DNA from: Gnetum montanum
Taxonomy: Eukaryota; Plantae; Gnetophyta
Length of the DNA stretch: 64,000 nt
Assembly: GCA_015680685.1 (NCBI GenBank)
Contig: MNCI01002529.1
Span: forward strand, 6,069 to 70,068
Direction of reading: 5' to 3'
In this document: piece after piece, positions 23,701 to 35,700 of the stretch
Numbering within the stretch: position 1 is the first letter of the stretch
How the letters are laid out: each line of letters starts with the position of its first letter
Notes under the pieces: model-generated
Told to the model about the DNA's origin: nothing
What the model saw: the letters and a program-made list of their open reading frames with translations, nothing else
Database searches by the model: none
Made by a program: the position numbers and the translations under genes

Positions 23701-26700
23701 CTTCCATCCGGATGCAGGTGCCTTGCAGGCGGATCGGAATTGGCGGGAGTCGGCCATGCCGGGTATCTAGCAGGCGGCCAGTTTCATGGACACAGAAGAC
23801 CACCGGAACACTCTGGATCTTCTCCATGAGCTAGAGCGCCCTCACTGTGCCGTTGACAGCTTTCGACGAACCCCTAGGGGGGGGGGGTTTTGGCCCCGGG
23901 TCATGGGTGATGCTTACCCCTCCCCCCGGGCCGGTGCTGCTTCTGTGTCCCCCTGCCCTCCCTCCCCACGCTGTCGATCATTGCTCCCCCGTTTCCTTGC
24001 TGGTCTGGTTCCCCCATTGTTTTTTGGGGGGGCCTCTTCCTTTTTTGGGTGGGGGGTGGGGGGAGGGGGGGCGCCCCCTTGTGGGGGGGGTGCACACCCC
24101 CCNNNNNNNNNNNNNNNNNNNNNNNNNNNNNNNNNNNNNNNNNNNNNNNNNNNNNNNNNNNNNNNNNNNNNNNNNNNNNNNNNNNNNNNNNNNNNNNNNN
24201 NNNNNNNNNNNNNNNNNNNNNNNNNNNNNNNNNNNNNNNNNNNNNNNNNNNNNNNNNNNNNNNNNNNNNNNNNNNNNNNNNNNNNNNNNNNNNNNNNNNN
24301 NNNNNNNNNNNNNNNNNNNNNNNNNNNNNNNNNNNNNNNNNNNNNNNNNNNNNNNNNNNNNNNNNNNNNNNNNNNNNNNNNNNNNNNNNNNNNNNNNNNN
24401 NNNNNNNNNNNNNAAAAAAATTTAGAAATCTAATTTTTGGGAGCAGACAAGTGGCAAAATTCCATGTGCTCATGTGCAATATGGAAAGGAGAAACAACAA
24501 TAAAATCTGATATACGCTAAGTTTGAACACCATGATGGATTAACATGGTTCCAAACTTTGACATCTTTGTTAATAAAGTTTCCAGCCTGTAATGTTTTCA
24601 CATTGAGAGAAATGTAGGCTTTGAACAAGGGACCATTTAACAATGATTTGAGATATGACAACTCTCTTAGAAACCTCTCAAAATTGATCTAAAAATGATC
24701 AACAAAACATAACATGTGCACTTAACAAAAGACACCAAAAATCCTAAATATGCATAGCTTTATTTTTAATATTAAAATGAGTACTCAATGGACACTTTGG
24801 CCATCCAGCTGCGCTACACCAAGTTTTTCCAACCCTACAACATCTTGTAGCCCACACAAGAGATCACCAGCCTTGGATAGAATGATGTGGGGCATTTCTT
24901 GTATAAAACAAAAATGATCACAAAAACAAGAAATACCAAGTGCACATGACACAAGAAAATGCTAACTCATAAGCCCAAAACATGCATACCAAAAATCAAA
25001 TCCAAGACACATGAGAGACTTCATGCATGACTCACACTTCATAAGAAATCCCACATGCCCTCATGAAATAATGCTCACTTTTCCAAGCCAATACAACTTC
25101 AAACACCTACTAAAAATTTTGTACAAGGGTTTGAAATATACAACTTTAAAGTTGAACTTGACCAATTTTGGGAGCAAGAAGATACCTCAAAGTTGGGTTG
25201 TTGTCCAGCTAATAGCCTCAAAAAATCAGCTTCAAATTGCAGATTCAAGGTGATGCCAAAAACTTCTCACAAAATCAGAGAAAACGGTCCCTTGAATCAG
25301 CCAAACAGTCCCCAAAAATCAGATCCAAAGCCTCCAACAGCAGCAAGAAAATCCACCTTCCAAGAGCCCACAAGAACACTCAAGACAGCCGAAGAGATGG
25401 CCAAGAACAAGCAAGGAACAACCACTCTTCCTCTCCTCTCCTCCACTCCTCACCCCTCCAACTAGCATAGTCTCCCCTTTCTTGGCCAGAAGTGAAAATG
25501 AGAGCAAAACACCCCCTTGATTTATAGGATGGAGGAGACCCTAGGGCTTTGATAAAGACTTATGCACAAAAGTTTATACAATGGACAAGGAGTAGACAAT
25601 CCATTTTTCAAAAATCCTTTTTTTTATTCATGACATCATTGCTACTTGACTTGGACAAGCAAGCTCTCATAAGGAAGTGGACATGTGAAATTGACAACAC
25701 TCAAGAGAGTCACATGGCCCCTATTAAATGAGTCATTGGTCCCTTTTCCAGCCATTAATATGAACTGGACAATTTTCATATATAAATAAAATAGATTACT
25801 TTATAAATTTCATTCTTCTTAGAATGGATGATACTGCGAATGTTCTCTCATTTTGATGTATTTAATAAAATTGATTTTAAAAGTAGATATCATCATATTA
25901 AAAGTGAAGAGGAGGTGAATGGAAAACTTGTTTTAAAATCCTTGATGCTTTCCATTTAAATGGCTTGTGATGTCATTTGTGTTAACCAATGCTTTTACAT
26001 TTTGTGGTTGATGTAGTGTGTATTGAAGGAATTAATTGGAATATGTTGCATTGTGCTTTTTTAATAATATTTTGCTTTTTAGCAAGAATAAATATGAGCA
26101 CTTTGCATATTTGACTTTGGCTTTCAAAAAACCTAATGAAAACCAACTAATTATAATCGTCAAGCAGTGTTAATTCTTGATAGGTGATGTCAGCTACTTC
26201 GGTTGTGTGGCATAAAAGATTGACATATGGATGGCACCTTCAAAGGTGAACTGAATCTTGGAGTGGCCAACTCCAATGAGTATTCATGATATCATAAGCT
26301 TCTTTGGACTAGCAAGTTTCTATCGTCAATTTATTTGAAGATGTGTGGTTATAGGTTTTCAATGCTCAGTTTGTTGAAGAAGGATTGATTGTTTCATTGA
26401 TTGAAACCAAGGAATGATAGTTTTGAAGAGTTGAAAAAGAATTGACAGCAAACTGGCGTTGGCCTTGTCTGAGCTTTGAAACCTTTAGAGGAGTGTTCTT
26501 TAGGATTTTACTGAACTAGCTATTAGAGGACTGTTGTTCAGGATCGAGAGTCAATTGCTTACTTTTCTGAAAAATTGAATGACAACATGAAGAAATATAG
26601 TGTTTATGTGAAAGAATTATATGTAATTTTGCAAGCACTTATATACTGGAGGGCACTATCTTCTTTCTAAAGAATTTTTGTTGCTAACTAATCACGAAGT

Positions 26701-29700
26701 ACTTAATCTTCCTTTGCAAGTTATGAATATTCATATCTGATTTGAACTATGAGTGTTAACCTAGCTGTAAGACTCTTGACATGGAAACCACAGGTAACAG
26801 GTTCAATTCTAATGGGCAATGCTATGCTATGGAAAATTTTGTACAAGGAATTTCTGATGTTGCTGTGGCTCAACAGATCCAGAGGGTCTTAGTAGATGTA
26901 ATTAAATACATTTTGTTTGAGTTTCATAAATCCATTCTTATCAAGAAATGAGCTGGAGATCAGTTCATTTGAGGCTTGGAACATATCTTACACCGTCAGG
27001 GTTTTAAGGCCACCGTTGGCTTTTACTTAATATACACATAAGTCAGCTACTACCTCTCACAAGATCTAAATATTCCATAAAATAATCATGATGTTTGTTT
27101 TCAAGTTCTATCGTTGCTTTTATAATGTGCTAATGAAGTGAATATTACCGTGTTCTTCTCAGATGGAAAAGTAATTTGATAGTTTATGTATGTCAAATTG
27201 CACTACGAATTAACAAGCATTAACGTTGTTGCAATTTTACTGTCATAGCTTTCATAGGATCTGCCTTTTGATTATTTTAGTAGAACTGGGGTTTCTCACT
27301 AGGGAATCATTCTAGCATACCCAGAGCTGACACAATTTAGACAGGAACTAAGTGTTCAGACTTCAGATGCAGTAATTTTTTTGGCGTGCTCTTACATTTA
27401 ATGGTAAATCAAGAACTGTACTTTGATGTTGTTTATAATAGCATTAGTGAAGTTATTCTTGTTCTGTTTGACTGAGTCAGGTTGGTATATATATGCCTTC
27501 TTATGATATTATACGGAATTTTCTTGAGGAATTTTCATATGTGAAGGCACCTCAGTTAGCAGCATATTCTCCGTTAATTGCAGCTTCTATAGCACGAGCA
27601 TTGGCATGTATAGTCTGTTCTCCTATTGAACTGGCAAAGACTAGAATGCAGGTTAGCAGCCATTGTTTACTTTCTCGATTCTGTTTTGTTTGATGAAGGC
27701 TGATATTTTCAGGTTATGTTTCACATAAATTTGGCAAATTTTTAAAGATGATGTAATTATGAAAATAATTTTATCCTAAACTTTTGTTGAATTTCTGCTT
27801 GATGATTGTTGGTGCCTAAGACCTTTCAAACTTCAAAATTTTTAACTTGTCGATTGTACCCTCTAGCTTATCAATTTACAGTAAGTAATAGTTTCAAGTC
27901 ATCACTGGATCTATCATCAGCCATAGTTTGATGTATTACAAGAGTTGAGAGGATTTGAATATGTTCAGAGTTGTTAAAGGTCATAAGTTGCTAATTTTGC
28001 TTTAGATATTCAAGTACAATTATTTTTTTTTCAATATTAAAATCAGGATAACTTCTATTATAAAGTGAAATTTCACGTATATTGCTATTTATTGCTGTGA
28101 ATTGTATTGCAATCCCAACTTATATAAACAACGTTAATTATATTTATTCCTTTTATCATAATGTTCATTGTTTGTTGTATACTGCTATGAAGGCTGAGAA
28201 GGTTATTCACTTTGGTAACAAGCCTCGAGGAATGTGGAACACTTTAGCTGATATTTGGTTTTCTGTAAGACGTTCATCGACACAAGCAAATGGTGAGCTT
28301 ATTTCTTTTTGAAAGGAGTAAAGGGCTGTGTTGCTGAAACTTTTATTTTGGAAGAGGTCAGGTTTCAGACCTAGATCTTTTGTCACTCTGTAATCTAAAA
28401 TGTGACTTCCAGTTATTTATTCCATTTCATCTTCTATGTTTTAAAGCCATCCTAAGGTTTTCTTAGGTTATTTTCAAGAAGAAGCTGTCTTTAACTTACG
28501 TTGAACATGACCAAATCATCATTCAAAAATCTGTTAAGTTAGAGTATAGCGGAATAGTTTATTACTAATAAGCATTGTTGAACTAATTATGCAACTATGG
28601 AGAACAAAAAATTAAAATGCATTTATTAAATTTTTTAAAAAGTGCAATCCAAACGTGAAAGGAGATAATTTTTCCTGGCAAAACATAACCCATCAAGGAA
28701 CTTTGCAATGGCATGATGAGGACATATGGAAAAAAGCAATTAGCCAAAGCTGATAAAACAAAGAAGGTACTCAGCTGAAGAAGTTATCTCAGTAATAAAA
28801 CATGAGCTGAAAGATTCACACAAAGATGTGAAAACAAAAGAAGAAAAGGAACAAATTGCAAAAAAGCAATTCAAAACTGGTCACTCACGGAAGTGAACAT
28901 ACACTGCACTTTTTTTCGAGGTAAGGTTGGGGATATATTATAATACAAAATATACAAAGTCCAGGCCAAAAAAGAGAAAAGGCGGGGTGCGGAGGGATTT
29001 ATCCCTTTCTGGGGGAAGTAACTCCCGTAACAGCTGCAAAGAAGAGGGAGGAATCTCCTTGTGCATAGAGACTTACAACTAAAAAAGACAAGTCATACAA
29101 CAACATTTGAAACAACATATTGGCTCCATCTCATGTCCCTGATCTTCCTGAAAACCGAAAAACCTCATAGATGAGCCTTTGACAAATTTACAAAAGATAG
29201 AGACCATTATGGAAACAACAAATAAATACAATGACATCTAGGCCTCAACTCCTACCGAGTCCCAGTCAATGTGACCCTCGCCTCCTTGGAATTGATGAAA
29301 TATGCCACCTGTTTGAAAACATGGTATTTCTCTTTCTTCTTTTTCTTCTCTGTGTCACTGAGGCCAATTCCCTTGTCTAGATGGCAGGTGAAAGAGACAC
29401 GTCGGATGTAGGCATGAAGATCATCTTAGGAAGCGTAGCACTTAATCTTCATTATCATGTATGGGCACATCTTGTTGGTCTGATAGTCTTTGACATTAGC
29501 TGCATGTTACTTTTGCAGGTGCCTCCTCATTTTTTTCTATTCCTGACATTCAACTTCATGTCTCCTGATTTCCTCCTGCTTCTTCAGGTGAGTCTCTTCC
29601 ACCACCTGTAAGAGCTCTACCTTGATGCTCTTCTGCAACTCATGCTCAATTCTGAAATGAAATTCCATCTGTTGTCTCCCATCTCACCCTAGTCTCTTCC

Positions 29701-32700
29701 TCCTAGATTTGTTGCCCTTTTTTTTGGCCTCCCATTTGAGGTGGATCCATATCCTCTGTGGCAATCATGAGATCAGCCTCTGCTTGTTGCTTCAACTGTT
29801 GTTTGATTTCTGCAACCCATTGCTGAACCTCATGAGTGAGCTTGTTCTTTGCCTGCATATCCAAGAATTCTCCTAGTTTTTCCAACTCTGCTCTACTTGT
29901 GGTTGAGACTAGGTGGCCATATTTGCTCTTTGTTGATCCACCAAGCTGGATGACAAATCCCCATTGTCTACATGCAAGCCCTAAGGCCCCATCTCATCCT
30001 TCGTGTGCACCTCTGTTAGGGCTTGTACTAATAGCAAAGGCCATGGAAGTCCACATCATGGGCTCACCATTCATAAATAGTGGTAAAATCTCAGACTTCC
30101 ACGGTGCAGACAAAATAATCAACTTAGAATGTTTGCTAGTTTGTTACTTTTCTAGGATAGCCCCAAAATTTTTTGGTAAGTTAGATAGTCTCCAAAGTTG
30201 AAGGCATTGCATAAGAGCAAAGTGCATTTCCTGCAACTTATGAGCATTCTCAGACTGCAAAAAAAAATTTCTCAACCAATTTTGCCACTCGCTGCCAAAA
30301 AAGAGGGAATTTGGATCTCGACACCTAGCCTTTAATAGTCCGTGCAACAAAGCCTTGAAAGAAGGGAGTGGCTTTGTGTAAACTGCACCTAGATGGAAGG
30401 ACTACGTCACTGGAGCAAGGGATTCCCAGGAAGTCCCCAATGGCCTCTTTGCTTTGGAGAATGTAGGTCTTGTGAAAGCAAGTTTCATCCCTGTGCCATC
30501 TCAAAAATAATTAGGTGCATTTAACATACATTGCATTATGTAGGTTCAGAGTTGGGACCTTTCACCCGCTAACGAGGATGCCTTGATGCGGTTGGGACTT
30601 GTGGGGGGCCCAGGGGTTTGGGTCCGTTGTCGGTGTGGGGTCAGCTGCCCTCGCCTACGCTATACCTTTGTATAGTTGTTCTTTTTGGGAATAAATTTCG
30701 CTTGATTTTTTCCAAAAAGAAAAGAAAAGAAAAACATACATTGCATTATGTAGTGTCAAGAGTTGAAGTTGTGAAGCAGTAGCTTAACATAATTGAACTA
30801 AAGTTGCAAAGTACTAGCCTAGTTCAGACTTTGGAGAACTTTGTAGTATAATAGAAGATGGTGAAACCAAGCTTTAGTACACATTGACAAATGAGCTACT
30901 TGGGAACCTTTGAGCTTAGTTAAGATGTAGCCTTTAAGTTGCATCACTAAACAATTGGTTACATTATGAAGGATTTGAGCTAGTCAATTTAGCCAAAACC
31001 TCTAATGAACCCCGAAGAAGTTAACAATCTCATAATACAAATTGTGTTATGGATTTGATTAACAATTGCAATATTCTTTTGTTATGAAATTGGTTAATAA
31101 AGAAATTTATTGTTTTAATAAAAATTGTGAACATAATTCTAATCCTATGCAAAGGTTTACTAAGTAAACACTCTTAATCATTCTAGCCTTGTCTCAACAA
31201 AATGGGGTTGGCTACATTATTTAACTTTTTCTATCCATCTCTATTAAGAGATAGATTTTTATCTATTTGCAATTTCTTTAAATAATCTTCAATTGTTTTT
31301 TCCATGTCTTTTTTAACAAGTAAACATTGGTTTATGGAACTTGGATTCATCTATGGATGAAAAATTGATATGGTATTAGAACCAAAGGATTTGATGAGCC
31401 CCGAGTCCCACGGTCATTTCGCTTCGAAGCCGCTTGGTTAGCTAAGCCGTGGTTGAGGTCGTTGGTGGAGGACATTTGGGCAGATTACCGGCCTAGCCAA
31501 GGTGATCCCCGGAATTTCCTTAAGGAGGCCTTGCTTTGTCTGAAGTGGGCCATTCGAGCACTCCCAGTGCATGATAAGTCCTCCTTTTGGATGGGTTAGA
31601 GGACTCTCCGAGATCAGCTTGGTCAGATCCAGGCCAGGCAGGAAGCTGGGGAGGACTTACACGAGGAGGAACAACACACGTTACGTCAGCTTCAATCCCT
31701 TGACTTGGAGGAGGAGACATATTGGTGGCAACGCTCCTGGGTCAGATGGATCTGGGAAGGGGACAGGCAAACAAGATTTTTCTTTGCCATGACTAAGACA
31801 CGTGGGGGGAGCCAACCACGTTGTCTTTGCAATCAGGATGGGGAGACTATTGATGATCCGCAGAAAATTGCAAATGAACTGATGCAGTACTAGGGGAGGA
31901 TCTGGGCCAAACGTCCCACTAGGCCCATCTCGGTCCACGTGGCGTGAGTGTTGAACGAGAGGGACAACATGCGGCTGCTGGCCCCTTTCTTGTGGCAGGA
32001 ACTCACTGCCACTATCAACAGCATGCCAGGAGGAAAGGCACCTGGTCCTGACGGCTGGAGCCTTGAGTTCTTTAAGACGTTCATGGATATTGTGGGACCC
32101 AATATCCTAGATGCGTTCAATCTCATGTTGGCCAAGAGGCAGGTCCGGAGGGAACTCAACTGCTCCTGCATTGTGTGCATCCCGAAACAATCAGATGCAC
32201 ACTGCCCTAAACACTTCCGCACTATCGGTGTATGCAATGTACTCATTCGACTCTTCTCCAAACTGCTGGTGCATAGGCTTGTGGGGATCAACCAGGCGGG
32301 CTTCGTGTAGGGCCGGACCATTCAGGACTAGGTTCTCCTCATGCAGGAGGTGCTTCACTCGCTTCGAAGTTCAGGTTCCCTGGGCTTTGCCTCAAGCTTG
32401 ACATTACCAAAGCATACGACACACTCAGCTGGGAGGCCCTGAAGTCCATTATGCAACTGAAAGGTTTTGATCAATAGTTCATCTAGCTGTGTATTCACAT
32501 GCAGTATTCGGCCGGTTTCTCTTTCGACGTGGGGGGTGGTTGTGGGGTCTCTCCTCTCCAGGAAGGGGGCTGCGACAGGGGGACCCACTCTCGCCCCTTC
32601 TTTTCATCATCGCCATAGACTTAATGCAAAATTATTGCAGCACATTCGAGGTGGATGGTTTGGACATTGCCGGGGTGGCATGTTGGGTTGAACGCTATGC

Positions 32701-35700
32701 GGATGATACAATGTTGCTTAGTCGGGCAATGGTCCCACAAGCACGGTGCATCAACATTGCTCTGTCTCGTCTGGCAGCTGAGTTGGGGCTGGAGATTAAT
32801 CGGACCAAATCTTCAGCTCATTTCATTAATGTTGATGAGCAGATTAAAAGCTGGGTGGTGCAAATCTTGAATATCCTACCCAGGACGGGCAATGACATTT
32901 ATCTGGGCATTCCACTCTACCGATGGGGGTAGAACATGTCGTGGGGGCCACTGTTGGAGAAAGTTGAGAGAAGAATGGGCCATTGGGAAAATCGTTTCCT
33001 GAGCCGCAAAGGACGATTGCTTGTGGCAACGGGGATCCTCATGGTGATCGCCCGATTCGTGGCGGCCGTTGCCACCCCCCCTAACGCCATCATCAATAAA
33101 ATTAACATGCTGGTCCGTAGCTTCATTTGGAAGCGGGGCAAAGGGTGGGGGCAAAATCCACCTAGTCAATTGGGAGCGAGTAGCGTGCCCCTGCAACGCG
33201 GGGGGATTGGGCATCACATCCTTCGAAGATGAACTGATGTTGGGACAGCAATGGTTGGTGGTTCGGTTTATGCGCCCGCATGGGGAACCGATTCAGTGGA
33301 TCCGCATCATGTGTGCAAAGTATCAACGTTGAGAGGCAGGGGTGCAAGATTCTAGGCCCTGGCAAGCGCTATGTCGGCACATGCATGCGATGCAGGCCCA
33401 AGGGTGGTTGGGCCTCAAGTCGCGTGCCCTGCTGACTGCAAAGTACCCCCAAATCGTTGGCTGGTAGCAGATTTGGAAGGGGTGGCTGCCCGAGAAAATA
33501 AAGATCTTCCTCTGGCTGGTACGGATGGACGTGCTACCTGTGCGAGATCTCCTGTGTCGGCACGGGATCATGCAAAACGACACCTGTCCCAGATGCGGCG
33601 CCGCGCCAAAGATAGTCCAGCACTTCATTTACGATTGTGCATGCATGCGTGCCACGTGGCACGTGGCGGCGGTGACCCCCCCGATGTGCCTCACCGGTGA
33701 TTCTTGGGCCACGCTACTTTTATGGGTAGTGTGGAAAGCAAGAAATCACACTGTTTTTCTGCAGGAACGGCTCACCCCCCGGGTTGGTTCTCCAAGCTCT
33801 TTGTGCATGGAAAGAAATCGAGGCGGCGATGGGAATCATGCCAACATTTGAGCTAGAATGCGCTGCGTTTTAGGATGACGAGGAACTCTGGCAGATGGTG
33901 ACACAGTGCGGCTGGTGTGACCCTCTGCAGCGGCTGGTCGGGGACCTAGATTTAGCAAATGATGCTTTCTTTTCCAATTGGGCTGACGACCAGACCTTTT
34001 TTCGAGGGCACAAGATTCTTGTCACCGAATCCTCAATTGCCAGCTGTCTGGGGGTCCAAATCACCGGTGAGGTCATCCTACCGTCTATCCGTGGCCTGTA
34101 GGATGCAAAACTATTTTTCGACTGGCCCGTGCCACGTACAAGGAGCTGACAGGTGCCCCGATCTTCTCTGCCCCATCTCTGGGCCCGGGTAGCAGATTTG
34201 GTGGACAAATGTTTTGTCTAGTCTGGCAACGGTTCCAAGCTTCAGGGCCGACATTTTGCATTTCTGCGTTGTTTGAAATTAGGTCGCCAGGTCAACCTCC
34301 CCCGCTTTTTCTTGGAGGCCCTCCTGCTCAAGCGACATGACCGCCATTCTGGGTTAATTCTGGCCTTGTGGCGGGGGGTAGAGGGGGGGCAACACCTGTC
34401 GTCTTCTACCCCCTCCTCCCCCCCTTGTGGGGCCCCCCCTGGATAGCCCCCTGCTGCTGCCCCCCAGTCCCTACGGTCTCGCCTAGCCAAGGTAGTTGCT
34501 GGTCCCTGTGGGCTTCAACCTTTACGCGGGGCCGACGGACCCAACGGGAGCGGCACCCCCCCGCTTGCCTCGACAGACTGGTTTCCCCCCTGCCGAAAAC
34601 CTTCGGCCACAAGAACTGGCATGAAGAGTTGCGGCAGGCCACGCAGAGGGCCGTAGACGAGGTGCATGAGGCTGAGCGACGAGAGTGGGAGGCTAAGTGG
34701 CATGAAGCCCTTGCATAGGCCTGGGCCGACTTGGAGGCCCAGTTTTCTGAGCGGGAGTAGGAGCGGGTGAGGCAGCAGGACCTCATGGCTGAGGCTGCAA
34801 GGGCCTGGTTAATTGACGAAATTTGGGCCCAAGTGCAGGAAGAACTGAATCAGGAGGACGCGACCCAAAGAGAGCGTGAGCAGGCAGAGCGGGTGGAGCA
34901 GGAATGGCTTTAGGAGGAGGAGGAACAACAGCAACGGCAGCTCGATCGAGCTCACGAGCACAATGCCCGACAATGGCTCAGAGGGGGGCAGTGCCTGTAA
35001 CTCATCCTTGGCATTAGTTGTGAGAGCTCCTGGGGTGAGCTCAGGCACCATATCCGCCGAACCTTGGTGTGTTTTGATCCTAATTGGGGCACCTCGCTGA
35101 CGGATTGGAACAGGTGGGAGTCGGCCATGCAGGGTATCCAACAGGCGGCCAGTTTCATGGACATCGAAGACTACCAGAACACCTTGGATCTTCTCCATGA
35201 GCTAGAGCGCCCTCATTGCGGCTGTCGACGAACCCCTAGGGGGGGGGGGGGGGGNNNNNNNNNNNNNNNNNNNNNNNNNNNNNNNNNNNNNNNNNNNNNN
35301 NNNNNNNNNNNNNNNNNNNNNNNNNNNNNNNNNNNNNNNNNNNNNNNNNNNNNNNNNNCTCGATTTTTCTTGGGTCTGTTTCCTGGTCATAACATGACTA
35401 ATAGGGTGCTGAATATTTTGTGACTTAGGGGTTTTTTGCCCTCCATTGAGGGCCATTGCTGATGGCCCACGATTTGTAATCTCATGTACTATAGTCTTTC
35501 TTTCTCAGTAATATAATCCTGATTATTTTCTCAAAAAAGAAAAGAAAAGAAAAAAGATTTGATGAGAAGTTGTGTTGCGGTGGCAAATGGAGGATCAGGA
35601 GAGCGAGTGGATTATGGACAAGGGTGACCTGGGAGCCTTCAGGTGGGAATTGCAACAATAGATTGGTGTCTCCTCGTTTTTGCATAATGGATCACAAGGG

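Larger units (their letters stand above)
19744..25800 (-). repeat. Dispersed repeat copy A (probable long solo LTR), interrupted by LINE copy 2
   Basis: Starts TGTAGGACCCC; 19744-20570 aligns to 43195-44070, ~20590-20660 to ~48690-48765, and 24440-25800 to 49820-51245; minus-strand CCTATAAA near 25525. Confidence 0.7.

Noticed and set aside
23408-23849. Independent host DnaJ gene nested in the intron
   Set aside because: It lies at the same place in several LINE copies, inside poly(A)/TSD limits in copies 3 and 5, has no introns and decays like the TE.
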